From Malacoraja senta (lineage: Eukaryota): a stretch of 64,000 bases of DNA. The notes under the pieces were generated by a model. That model saw only the letters and a program-made list of their open reading frames with translations. It did not search any database and had not been told where the DNA came from. Below, piece after piece: positions 37,060 to 48,676 of this stretch; within the stretch, counting starts at the first letter, position 1; each line of letters starts with the position of its first letter. The stretch is taken from the NCBI GenBank assembly GCA_038087875.1, contig CM075987.1, positions 22,072,001-22,136,000 on the forward strand, given 5' to 3'. The translations under genes were made by a program, and so were the position numbers.

Positions 37060-37500
37060 TCCACCCATACGATGCAATGGAGTAGGTAGGCACCCGAGCG
37101 TTTTAATACTCAAGAGTTAACGAGGCTGGCTCGGTACTGCTTCCCCCCGGCTGTTGATGCAGGAGCAGGCACAAGAATCCAACAGATTCTCATCAGGTCG
37201 ACGCTTTAAGACATCAGCGTGCGATAAGATGTGCAGCATGATTTAACGTAGCGCGCAGTACTGTGAATGAAGGGCGATCCGGTGGTTGCTAGGACCCGCG
37301 GGATCCCGGGTCCAACTGTCATCGCGGTGGCGGGCGCTAGGACCTCGCGGACGCTCCACAGGTGCCGCCATCGGGGCGGGAAAGTCATGATGAGCCGCGT
37401 CTGCGAAGGCGCTGAAATTCAAATAATTAGCGGAAAAAAAGAAAATTCTCCTTAAAACATGAGGAAACCCCCCTCGTAAAAACCGTCAGAGAGCAGGTAT
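37060..37500. promoter_or_regulatory. Orphan CpG island / putative promoter and first exon
   Basis: Dense CpG in an otherwise CpG-poor region. RFX-like GTTGCTAGG at 37285-37293, YY1-like GCCGCCAT at ~37364, GC-box/E2F GGGGCGGGAAA at ~37373-37383, possible donor CAG|GTATCT at 37497. Confidence 0.55.
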
Positions 37501-38194
37501 CTGGAGATAAAAATGCCATTTTGGTGAATATTGTAACACATATGGGCTCTGATTTGCAGGGGAAAAACACCTCGGCTCTGTCTGGGTGAATGAACTTTCC
37601 CCACCTCATTTATAATTTAATAGAAAAGGAATGCCGAGCGAGGGCCAACATTTGAAAACTTCCACCTCATGAATTCATCCTTACCTTCACTCAGAAGATT
37701 CTGAGTTGGATTAAATTAATTTAAATTAATCATTAATCCAATTTACATCAATAAAATTTATAAACGCTCCCCCCTCCCAAACAGGCCATTCGGCCCATTT
37801 AGTTCATACACGTGTACATAAAAGAACGACTGCTGGAGGTCGAGCAGCGTCTGTGGAGGGAAGGATGACGCTTCAGGTTTTATTCCTGCGTCAGGACTTT
37901 CCAACCAGTCAGACGCTGCTCGACCCGTTGAGCTCCTCCAGCAGTCGTTTGGTCCAGATTGCAGCAGCTGCAGTTTCATCATATATCTCCAGTTCACACA
38001 TATTTGTCCAACCGGTACTGTCACATTAATTTATTTGGTCTCACCCTATCAGAGAAACTGATTTTGTTCTATCTGCTATTGAAAAGTAATTTGTTTCTTT
38101 CTCTTTCCCAGTTCCGACGAAGATTTCTGAAGGTGAGACATTAACTCTGTTTCTCTTTCCAAGGGTTGTGTTGTGTTGGGTTGTGTTTGTGTCT

Positions 38195-38573
38195 GGTAAC
38201 ACAACCCTTGGTAAACACAGCCCTTGATAAACACAACCCTTGGTAAACACAACCCTTGGTAAACACAGCCCTTGGTAAACACAACCTTTGGTAAACACAA
38301 CCCTTGGTAAACACAGCCCTTGTAAAACAACCCTTGGTAAACACAAGCCTTGTATGTAAACCCTTGTGTGTAAATACAACCCTTGGTAAACACAACCCTT
38401 GGTAAACACAGCCCTTGGTAAACACAGCCCTTGTAAAACAACCCTTGGTAAACACAAGCCTTGTGTGTAAACCCTTGTGTGTAAATACAACCCTTGGTAA
38501 ACGCAACCCTTGGTAAACACAAGCCTTGTGTGTAAACCCTTGTGTGTAAACACAACCCTTGGTAATCACAACC
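38195..38573. repeat. Minisatellite, 16-bp unit CCCTTGGTAAACACA(A/G), with higher-order variants
   Basis: Direct tandem array. Variant blocks (gccttgtgtgtaaacccttgtgtgtaaatacaa) recur three times. Confidence 0.95.
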
Positions 38574-39319
38574 TCGACCTTGAGGTGTCTATTTCTTTCT
38601 CATTATCTTTGTCATCTCCAGACTTTTGGCTATTCTGGGGGCTCTTGGTTGATCATTTATCTCCCACTTCATGTAAACTTGATCTCATTCAAATTTGTAC
38701 TGCCTGAATCCCATCACTTTTAGCTTGCTGACTTACATTGACTCTGGCAGATAGTTGATATAATATCTATATTTAAGAAGGGGACTAGGACATTTCTTGG
38801 CAATAATAGACCAGTCAATTTAATACTGGGATAGGAACAATAACAGAATTGCTATTAAAGGAGAAAATAAAAAAGACAGAAAAGAAAAGTATAATCATGG
38901 TCAGTATGGATTTCCAAAGCGAAAAACTATTTGAACAATCTAACTTTTTGAGGAATTAACAGTGGAAATAGGCAATGATATGAAGACAACCCATATTAAT
39001 TCAAGACTAACAAATAAGACCAGAGAATGCAGAGCCTGGGGGGACAACTAACATAAAAGATAGCTAACTGGCTTCAAGACCAAAAGCAGAGAATATGAGT
39101 AAAGAAAACTGTGTTGGGAGAAATTGGATATTGCTGTTCCATAAAGTTTAGTGCTGGGATCACTTACATTTATGATTTAGACTTTGGAATCAAAAACAAC
39201 TGAAAATTGTGGATAATGCCAAATTGGAAGGAATAGTCAATTTTGAAGAGAATTGCAACAAATCATAGGAGAACCGTAAAAAATGCAGAAGTCTTGGCTT
39301 AAGTTTAGGTTCAGGAACT

Positions 39320-39660
39320 GCAGAAAACATGTTCCCGATGTTGGGGGAGTCCAGAACCAGGGGCCACAGTTTAAGAATAAGGGGTAAGCCATTTAGAACG
39401 GAGATGAGGAAAAACCTTTTCACACAGAGAGTTGTGAGTCTGTGGAATTATCTGTCGCAGAGGACGATGGAGGCTGGTTCTCTGGATGCTTTCAAGAGAG
39501 AGCTTGACAGAACTCTTAAAGATAGCAGAGTCAAGGGATATGGGGAGAAGGCAGGAACGGGGTACTGATTGTGGATAATCAGCCATGATCACATTGAATG
39601 GTGGTGCTGGCTCGAGGGGGCGAATGGCCTACTCCTGCACCTGTTGTCTATTGCCTATTC
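39320..39660 (+). mobile_element. CR1 LINE 3' end
   Basis: MFPMLGESRTRGHSLRIRG...GYGEKAGTGY* plus 3' UTR and a CTATTG tail. Preceded by an older CR1 fossil (38800-39280). Confidence 0.9.
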
Positions 39661-39661
39661 A

Positions 39662-40070
39662 ATGGAGTTTAGAAGGATGAGGGGGATCTTATAGAAACAT
39701 ATAAAATTATAAAAGGACTGGACAAGCTAGATGCAGGAAAAATGTTCCCAATGTTGGGCGAGTCCAGAACCAGGGGCCACAGTCTTAGAATAAAGGGGAG
39801 GCCATTTAAGGCCGAGGTGAGAAAAAACGTTTTCACCCAGAGAGTTGTGAATTTGTGGAATTCCCTGCCACAGAGGGCAGTGGAGGCCAAATCACTGGAT
39901 GGATTTAAGAGAGAGTTAGATAGATCTCTAGGGGCCAGTGGAATCAAGGGATATGGGGAGAAGGCAGGCACGGGTTATTGATTGGGGACGATCAGCAATG
40001 ATCATAATGAATGGCGGTGCTGGCTCGAAGGGCCGAATGGCCTCCTCCTGCACCTATTTTCTATGTTTCT
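39662..40070 (+). mobile_element. Second CR1 3' end (different subfamily), in tandem
   Basis: Same region as the preceding copy but with diagnostic differences (IKGRPFKAEVRKN) and a CTATGTTT tail. Confidence 0.9.
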
Positions 40071-41099
40071 TTGTCTATTGAACTGCTCGAACAGAAATTC
40101 AGAATTTCCACAGTTTTTTTATAACACAGAAACTTGTTCAGTGAGTTTGGGAGTGCACTAAATGCTTTTTAAAAATATTTTTTCTGGAACTGATCCTTGC
40201 AACACAACCATGCACAAGAAATCACAAGAAGGCTTGTGTTATTATCTATTTGGGTAAAATAGGTTCTCCTTCATTTATCAGATTGTTGCCGTCTATTTAT
40301 GCCCTCTAGGTTTTGTTTCCTCATAACAGTAAATATACTTTTTTCTACAACTGCTGCATTAAATTTATAATTTTAGACATTTTACCAGTCACCTTCCAGG
40401 CTTTTATTTTCAAGAAAAAACAAGTACCTTCTGGTTGGACTTTTCTGATGTCTTAAAAGTCTGTTGCCAGTTGGGGAAGTCACAAAGGCTTTATGAAGAG
40501 AAGTCACTGCTGTGTTTTAAGAAATACCTGCTTGCACCCATTGGGCTAAAAGGGAAAGTAGAATCAAGGGAGTTTGGGGAGCTGGAAGCAGGTAGGCATT
40601 AGTCCCTTTTGCCCTGTTCACCCTCACTAGGGTCTTGGGTGTCAGGTGGATTGTTGCTTAGACTTAACTTATCGGATCATTTACCACTGGAACAGTCTCA
40701 TCCCCTGCCTTCAACCACAATAGATAATCCAGTGTTATGTATGATATTCAGGTAGATTGGACAATGGAATTGAGCTTGGATCTCAGATGAACTGAACTTC
40801 ATCCAACAAATTCACACTTTCTATCAAATTGTATTTAAGGAGGAAAATACGGAAGAGAAGCTTTCCTGCCCCAAATATTCCTATCTTTGCTCCCAAGTTA
40901 TGTTCCTGTTCAGGACCATCTCCTTCTTTGTCATGATCACATAAAATTACTTAGGATGTAGAGCACTGAATCTCATTACTCTTTGGGTAAAGACATTTCT
41001 TTTGAATTTCTTGTAAGATGTCTTGGTGACTAAAGATAACCTGTAGTCATGCTTTTCTCCCACAAGTGGAAATATTTTCTATATCAAAACCATTCATAA

Positions 41100-42104
41100 G
41101 TTTAACCATATAACCATTACAGCACGGAAACAGGCCATCTCGGCCCTTCAAGTCCATGCCGAACACTCCCCCCCCCCTTCTTTCTTCTTACTTCCCCCTA
41201 GTCCCATCTACCTGCACTCAGACCATAACCCTCCATTCCTTTCCCGTCCATATACCTATCCAATCTATTTTTAAAGGATAAAATCGAACCTGCCTCCACC
41301 ACCTCCACTGGAAGCTCATTCCACACAGCTACCACTCTCTGAGTAAAGAAGTTCCCCCTAATGTTACCCCTAAACTTCTGTCCTTTAATTCTCAAGTCAT
41401 GTCCCCTTGTTTGAATCTTCCCTACTCTCAATGGGAAAAGCTTATCCACGTCAACTCTGTCTAACCCGCTCATCATTTTAAAGATCTCTATCAAGTCCCC
41501 CCTTAACCTTCTGCGCTCCAAAGAATAAAGACCTAACTTGTTCAACCTTTCTCTGTAACTTAGTTGCTGAAACCCAGGCAACATTCCAGTAAATCTCCTC
41601 TGTACTCTCTATTTTGTTGACATCCTTCCTATAATTAGGCGACCAAAATTGTACTCCATACTCCAGAATTGGCCTCACCAATGCCTTGTACAATTTTAAC
41701 ATTACATCCCAACTTCTATATTCAATGCTCTGATTTATAAAGGCCAGCACACCAAAAGCTTTCTTTACCACCCTATCTACATGAGATTCCACCTTCAGGG
41801 AACTATGCACAGTTATTCCTAGATCCCTCTGTTCAACTGCATTCCTCAATTCGCTACCATTTACCATGTACGTCCTATTTTGATTTGTCCTGCCGAGATG
41901 TAGCACCTCACATTTATCAGCATTAAACTCCATCTGCCATCTTTCAGCCCACTCTTCCAAATGGCCTAAATCTCTCTGTAGACTTTGAAAATCTACTTCA
42001 TTATCCACAACACCACCTATCTTAGTATCATCTGCATACTTACTAATCCAATTTTCCACACCATCATCCAGATCATTGATGTACATGACAAACAACAGTG
42101 GACC
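41100..42104 (-). mobile_element. CR1 LINE, 1-kb 3' fragment
   Basis: MYINDLDDGVENWISKYADDTK...LEYGVQFWSP...RLRGDLIE, with one frameshift near 41610 and a TATGGT-type tail. Confidence 0.92.
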
Positions 42105-44739
42105 AATAGTTTATATTCATCTATTATGTTATCTCTCAGGCTTCTTTCCGCAAGAGAACAGAAACCCTCTGCAGTGTTCTGTAAAGCTTTCCCAGGCCCT
42201 GATCTGTCTGTCCATTTCATTCTACGCTGCATTAATTTGTTCCCTTTAGACCTAGACCACAACCTTCACTTCCTGCAGACGTTAATGCTTTTTGTTTTGG
42301 CCATATTGGATGCAGTTGGTTGGTATGAGATATTGATCCAGTTTACTACAGAAACATAGGAACAGGGAGAGGCCACAGATCCTCTAATCTGTTCAGGCAT
42401 TCCATATGATCAGAGGTAATTATGTGACATTACTCCATATCTCAATACCTTTCAATACTTCTTGTTAACAACATTTTATCAATCTCAGATTTAAAATTAA
42501 CAGTTGATTTAATGTCAGTTGCTAATTTGCAGAAAGGTGTTCCAAATTTCTGTTACCCGCTGCATGAAACAATATTTCCTGACCTCGCCTGAAAGACCTT
42601 GAACTCATTTTTAGATTGTATCCTAATCCTAGACTCCTTAACAGTAGTAATTTGAGCCAGAAATTTTATAAAATGTCAGAAGGATTTTATCCATTGCAAG
42701 ATGGAATTTAATCTAAAGCAGCGTTTGCACATTGTGTTTCTGGAAATTCTGTCGCTGTCCATCTTGTCTATGAGGCTAATGGGTGTGTTTGAGTGACATC
42801 AAATGGCATGAAACCCATGATGGGTGGCATTCTAGGAATTCTCAGAAGTAATCTTCTTGCGAATGAAACATAAACCAAAGGAATAGTTAGATCTCAAGCC
42901 GGGGGTTGAACAGCCAGGTTGTTGTCTCTACATCAATGCCTGCCAGGCCCTGAGCTCCATTTGGTGGGTGGTAGAGCGGGCACCCAGAGAGACATGGTTG
43001 GCTGTCTGTTGTTCTGCTCCACATTCACAGGTTGGGCTCTGGTGGAGTCCCCATCTCCACATGCTGGCATTGAAACACATGCTTGATTTCAGGAACAACT
43101 CTGGTGACTAAGTTCAAATTAACTGAAGAATCTGTTCCATACTTGGCTGTTGCCAAAGTGTCCAGAGGAGAAGGTTCCTCTAGGATGGTGCTGAAGTTAA
43201 CCTTCCTGAAGGTACGTTCTGGCTTTTTATCTGAGGGGCTCTGACACAATCTTTGCCCAGAAAACCCACCGTAATTGCTATTTTTTTTCCACAGCTGTCA
43301 GAAATGTACCCATATCAATCCAGACATTTAATACCACACTAGTTCACAATGGGGAAGGCTGCAAGCTTGTGGAGACAAAGTTGTGGTTTGCATGCTACCC
43401 TTGATCCCATGTGTTTAATACTCAGTTATCTGAACACATCATTAGATTCACATGCTGCATTGTGCATTGTGCACATTTGGACATAAGTCCAGATGGCTTC
43501 AAACAAAATTGACACGTCTTTCAAACAGTACAAATTTAGCTTAAATTGATACATTTCATGGCCTCTATTTAATTTATTAGTTCTTAATGTTTTGAAAACT
43601 TTAATCGCAACTCTTCACCGTGGGAATTTCTGAACATGTCACTGTAGTTTGTGTAAATTAATTTACAGGGTACACATATTATTCAGGTGAATATTATACC
43701 TGATATTCCCTTAGGCATACCCTTTCTAAGATGTGGTGCCTGGATCAATTCAGAGCACTGCAAGTGTAGTATAATCTGTGATATTAAGTAATTTGCTATT
43801 ATAAGCTTTTTTCGTGACATCATATAACAGCCACTGACATAGGAGATCAGTTCCATTCAACATTTTGAAATTCCCTTCTCTAAGTTGCTAAGTTTAATTT
43901 GAAAGATTGTCATTTAGTATTGTAGGTGAGAGCAAAATGCCTCATGGCTGTTAATAGAAGCTCCACGTAGTCTATAATCTGATTGCTTTCCCCAAAAGAT
44001 GGCTGAGGATTACACTAATGTCCAGGAAAGAGTAATAAGCTCATAGCTTGGGGGAGATCTGACAATATCTAGGGGTAATAAATAGTAAGAGTTTTGCATA
44101 TTTAGTTTTAGAATGTTCATTTGGAAGGAATACATTGAAGACACAGCAAAAGGGATAGTTGTAGCCAGAGAAAGAGCGAGAATGAGAAAGAGTCAGAATC
44201 ATAGGAGAAGAAAAGTAAAAAATACACAGGTGAGGTTAAGTGTGTGAGAGCCAGCCAAGTGCACAAGGAATCCATAATTAAATAATAGGAAACTTGAATA
44301 AATAATTATAGAAAGAGCAATATAAAATGTATTTCATTTTAACCGTGAGAAAATTTGCAGGCATTATATATAGTTGCTGGCAAAACAAGCTCAGAATTTA
44401 AAATTCTGACGATATAAACTACTAGAACTGCTGAAACTATTTTTGACATTCAGCTGCCTTTTGACTAATTGTTATTCAGTCTTTGTGCATGTTTTGCTGC
44501 TTTTTCTTTGCAAGTTAATACCTTAGGCTTCATGAATTGTTCATAAATATTGGTTTTAAATATTGCAAAACTGATCTGCATAAAAGCCAGAATGGGTATA
44601 AAGTGTGTAGGATCATGTTAATTTAAGAATATTATTCACATGTGCAACGGCTGAACTGTTCTTTGTAAGAAAAGTTTTAATACAGGAAAATGTGATGGAG
44701 TGGAATTAGCATAACTAAAATGGTATGATTGTTGTAAAC

Positions 44740-45103
44740 ATCACCAACATCATCAAAGACCCACACTATCCTGGCCACACACTCATTTCACCGCTGCCAT
44801 CGGGAAGAAGGTACAGGAGCCTGAAAACTATAACGACCAGGCTCAGGAACAGCTTCTTGCCTAAAGCCATCAGGCTATTAAACACAACAGCAAATAAGCT
44901 CTGAAATATAACAGACTATTATTATTATTGCACTATATTTGTTTATTTATTGAGTATGTGTGAATGTGTATATATATACTCTGAACTTTTTTTTTCTCCC
45001 GTTGTGTACTATGTTTACATGTTCTGTTGTGCTGCAGCAAGTAAGAATGTCATTGTCCTATCTGGGACATATGACAATAAAACACTCTTGACTCTTGACT
45101 CTT
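44740..45103 (+). mobile_element. Rex1/Babar LINE 3' end
   Basis: IIKDPHYPGHTLISPLPSGRRYRSLKTITTRLRNSF, then AATAAA and a (CTCTTGA)n tail. Confidence 0.85.
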
Positions 45104-46014
45104 ACATTGCTGGGTTTATGATTGTATCTCCACTGACAGAAAGACAACTTGCATTTATTTACCTTCTTCAACATAATAAATAAAAAGTCCCATTTTGCCT
45201 CACAGGCAAAAGGCATATTAGGACAGGTCTTTGCCTGTGTGCACCTATTACCCGCCACGCTTTGTCCTGCCTCTCTTCTCTTCCAACTTTCTCTCCCTTC
45301 CCTACTATCAGTCCAAAGAAGGATCCTGACACGGAACCTTCACCAACCCATGCTCTCTAGAGATGCTGCCTGATCGCTGATTCAGCACTTTGTGTCCTTT
45401 TGTGTAAACCAGCATCTGCAGTTCCTTGTTTCTACATTAGGACAGGTTAATCTGGTCAAAATATAGGTCTAATGAGCACCTCATAAAGGACAATTAATAT
45501 AGAGGTGGAGAGATTTAGGGAGAGAATGCCAGGAGAATAGAAGGCCGAGTCACTAATGATGAGATGAAGAAAATGAGGGATGTGCAAGTAACTAGAAACA
45601 GAAGAGCACAGAGATGGAGGAAATTTACTAAATTTATTGTATTCCTGTGTTTTCATTATTTTGTCCTGATAAGATCACTAACATCAAACCACTTACATTC
45701 TCTTTCGAACCATTAATGTATATGGTGAACAATTAAGGATGCAGCACCACTGGTTACAGTTTTTCAATTTGAAAAACAACTATTTTTAAGATGTGATGAG
45801 TCTAATTTCTTGTCTGTTATCCACTAGTTGCGACTAGGCTGTTGGAGCAATTTTCTGTGGCCTTGGAATGCATATGGGAAAACAATAGCAACAGCTCCTC
45901 TTTCTAATTGCATTTCAATGAAAAATAGTATTTATAGTAAATGCCACCAATGTATGCAAACAAGTGTTAAAATAACTTAGTTCAGTCCATCAGGAGGAGC
46001 ACAGTCCTCCCCAT

Positions 46015-46200
46015 CATAGAAACATAGAAAATAGGTGCAGGAGTAGGCCATTCGGCCCTTCGAGCCTGCACCGCCATTCAATATGATCATGGCTGATCAT
46101 CCAACTCAGTATCCTGTACCTGCTTTCTCTCCATACCCCCTGATCCCTTTAGCCACAAGGGCCACATCTAACTCCCTCTTAATTATAGCCAATGAACTGC
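46015..46200 (-). mobile_element. CR1 3' end
   Basis: Reverse complement of the CR1 3' UTR with a catagaaacatagaaa tail. Confidence 0.85.
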
Positions 46201-46595
46201 ATGAAGCGCTGCTTCAAAGAAGACGGTATCTATCATTACGAGGCTCATGTCCTCTTCCCAATCGGCAGAAAGTGCAGACGTCTAAAGTCACACACCACCA
46301 GGTTAAGGAACAGCTATTTTTCTACAACCATCAGATTCTTGAACCAACCTGCACAACCCTAATCCAACCTTAGTAATGGAGCACTTTGGAACACTTCTTC
46401 TTGCACTACCAAGGACCTTTATTTCGAATTCTGTTTTGCACAAATGTCTTGTTTTATTCTTTATGCAACATTTATGCAGAATTTATGTGTTGTATGTCGT
46501 GTGAGGCTATGTGCCTGTGAAGGTACTGCAAACAAGATTTTCATTGTATCTGTACCTTATCATACTAGTGCATATGATAATAAACTTGACCTGAA
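46200..46595 (+). mobile_element. Rex1-like 3' end (degraded)
   Basis: cacaccaccaggttaaggaacagctattttttc..accatcagattcttgaac, then AATAAA and a tail. Confidence 0.6.
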
Positions 46596-46834
46596 TTCAT
46601 TTTCAGGATATAGGATTTGTTGGCAAGATCAACATTTATTGTTCATCCTAACTACCCTTGAGAAGATGACGATGAGCAGCCTTCTTAGACCACTTCAGTC
46701 CTTATTGCGAAAATACTCTCATGAGACAATTGGGTAGTGATTTCCTGGATGAACAATGAAGAACAATGAAGTAATTGTGATAGATTACCAAGACAGGTCA
46801 ATGTGTAACTTTAAGGGGAACTTCCAGGTGATAG

Positions 46835-47410
46835 TGTAGGAAGGAATTGCAGATGCTGGTTTAAACCGAAGATAAACACAAAATGCTGGGGTAACTCAGC
46901 GGGACAGGCAGTATCTCTGGAGAGAAGGAGTGGGTGACGTTTCGGGTCAAGACCCTTCTTCAGACTGAAAGTCACGGAAAGGGAAACTAGAGATATAGAC
47001 GATGATGTAGAGTGATATAGAACAAATGAATGAAAGATATGCAAAAAAGTAATCATGATAAAGGAAACATGCCATTGTTAGCTGTTGGGTGGGTGAGAAT
47101 GAGAAGCTGGTGCAATGGGTGGGGGGAGGGGTGGAGAGAGAGGGAATGCAGGGGTTACTTGAAGTTAGAGAATTCATACCCCTGAGTTGTAAACTGCCCA
47201 AGCGAAATATGAGATGCTGTACCTCCAATTTGCGTTTAGCCTCACTCTGACAATGGAGGAGGCCAATGACAGAAAGGTCAGTGTGGGAAAGGGAATTAAA
47301 GTGTTTAGCAAGCGTGAGATCAGGTATGTCCAGGCAGACTGCGCGAAGGCGATCAGCCCAGTCTACTTTTGGTCTTGCTGATGTATAAGAGTCCACATCT
47401 TGAACAACGG
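46835..47410 (-). mobile_element. Penelope-like element 3' region: GIY-YIG C-terminus, then hammerhead (46932-46968), then terminus
   Basis: HFNSLSHTDLSVIGLLHCQSEAKRKLEVQHLIFRLGSLQLRGMN resembles PLE GIY-YIG endonuclease ends. An intact CTGAAGA-a-GGGTC-tt-GACCC-GAAA-CG-TC follows downstream. Confidence 0.85.
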
Positions 47411-47479
47411 AGATGTAAAAGATTCCATATCTTGAATAACGAGGATATATGAGTCCATATCGAACAACAGAGATTTTTT

Positions 47480-47730
47480 TAGTTTAGTTTAGAGATACAG
47501 CACTGAACCAGGCCCTTTGGCCCACCGACCAGCGATCCCTGCACATCAGCACAAGCCTACACACACGAGGGACAATTTACACTTATACCAAGTATACAAA
47601 CCTAATCCAATTAACCTACCTGTACGACTTTGGAGTGTGATAGGAAACCGAAGATCTCGGAGAAAACCCACGTGGGGAGAACATACAGTATAAACTACGT
47701 ACAGACAGCACCCGTAGTCGGGGTCTCCAG
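47480..47730 (-). mobile_element. HE1-type V-SINE
   Basis: Reverse V-domain and an (AGTTT)n tail. Confidence 0.75.
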
Positions 47731-47744
47731 AGATGTATAAACAC

Positions 47745-47920
47745 CTTAATTCCTCTTCCCATTCCCACATTAACCTTTCTGTCCTGGGCCTCCTCCATTG
47801 TCAGGGTGAGGCTAAACGCAAGTTGGAGGAACAGCACCTCATATTTCTTGGGCAGCTTACAACCAAGGAGTATGAATATTGATTTCTCTAACTTCAAGTA
47901 ACCCCAGCATTTTGTGTCTA
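47745..47920 (+). mobile_element. Penelope-like GIY-YIG fragment, inverted relative to 47150-47300
   Basis: LSVLGLLHCQGEAKRKLEEQHLIF on the + strand. Confidence 0.8.
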
Positions 47921-48676
47921 TTTCCGGGTGATAGTGTTCTCTTGGGCCTGTTCTTGTTTTTCCTGCTGATTAAAATTGTGTGTTTGCATTTTGCTGTTGG
48001 ATTCAACGAGGCAAGTAACTGCAGTGAATTTTAAGATAGTATGTGCAGCAACCATGGTACATCAGTGGTCGGGTGGAATGAATGTTCAGTCTGATGGATA
48101 AGGTTGGCCAATTATATGATGTGTTTCTGGTCAATGATACCTCCAGGTGCAGTGATGGTTTTACTATTGAATATCCAAGGATTGATGGTTGGACTGTTTG
48201 TTACTGGCACTTCTGTGGCATGAATGTTTCTTGCCACTAATTCACATATCAAACTGTTTTCAAGGTCTTGCAAAAGGCAAACATGGAGTGTTTTATTTGC
48301 TTAGAAGTTGTAAATAATATTGAACAATGCACAATTATTTGCAAATATCTCCACTTCTGACCGTGCCATAAAGGTAATTAATGAAGCAGTTGAAGACAGA
48401 AGACGAGGAAAGTGCCCTGAAGAAATCCTGTGAGTGAGTTCTATACATATATGAAGCTACTGTTTGATTAATCTGTGGGTCAATTCTCCCTCAGATCCTT
48501 CGAGCTGAAACGTTAATTTTTATTTTCTTCCACATTTGCTGCCCGACCTTCTGAAAATTTCCAGCATTTTTTGTTTTTAAGCTTCCAATTTAGACACTGG
48601 TCCCCAATTATTTTTGAGGAAGACCTTCCTAGATCAACAGAGGTTGATATTAGGTCAATTAGGTATTAGATATTAG

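Noticed and set aside
36503-37093. 196-aa minus-strand ORF
   Set aside because: Runs through two Penelope termini and the duplicated spacer; chance open frame.
37459-37497. ATG followed by a splice donor, as a coding first exon
   Set aside because: The frame stops after six codons (ATG AGG AAA CCC CCC TCG TAA), so no CDS can be supported.
38041-38569. Three long overlapping ORFs; CRISPR-like periodicity
   Set aside because: Artefact of a stop-free minisatellite. There are no unique spacers or cas genes, and the context is eukaryotic.
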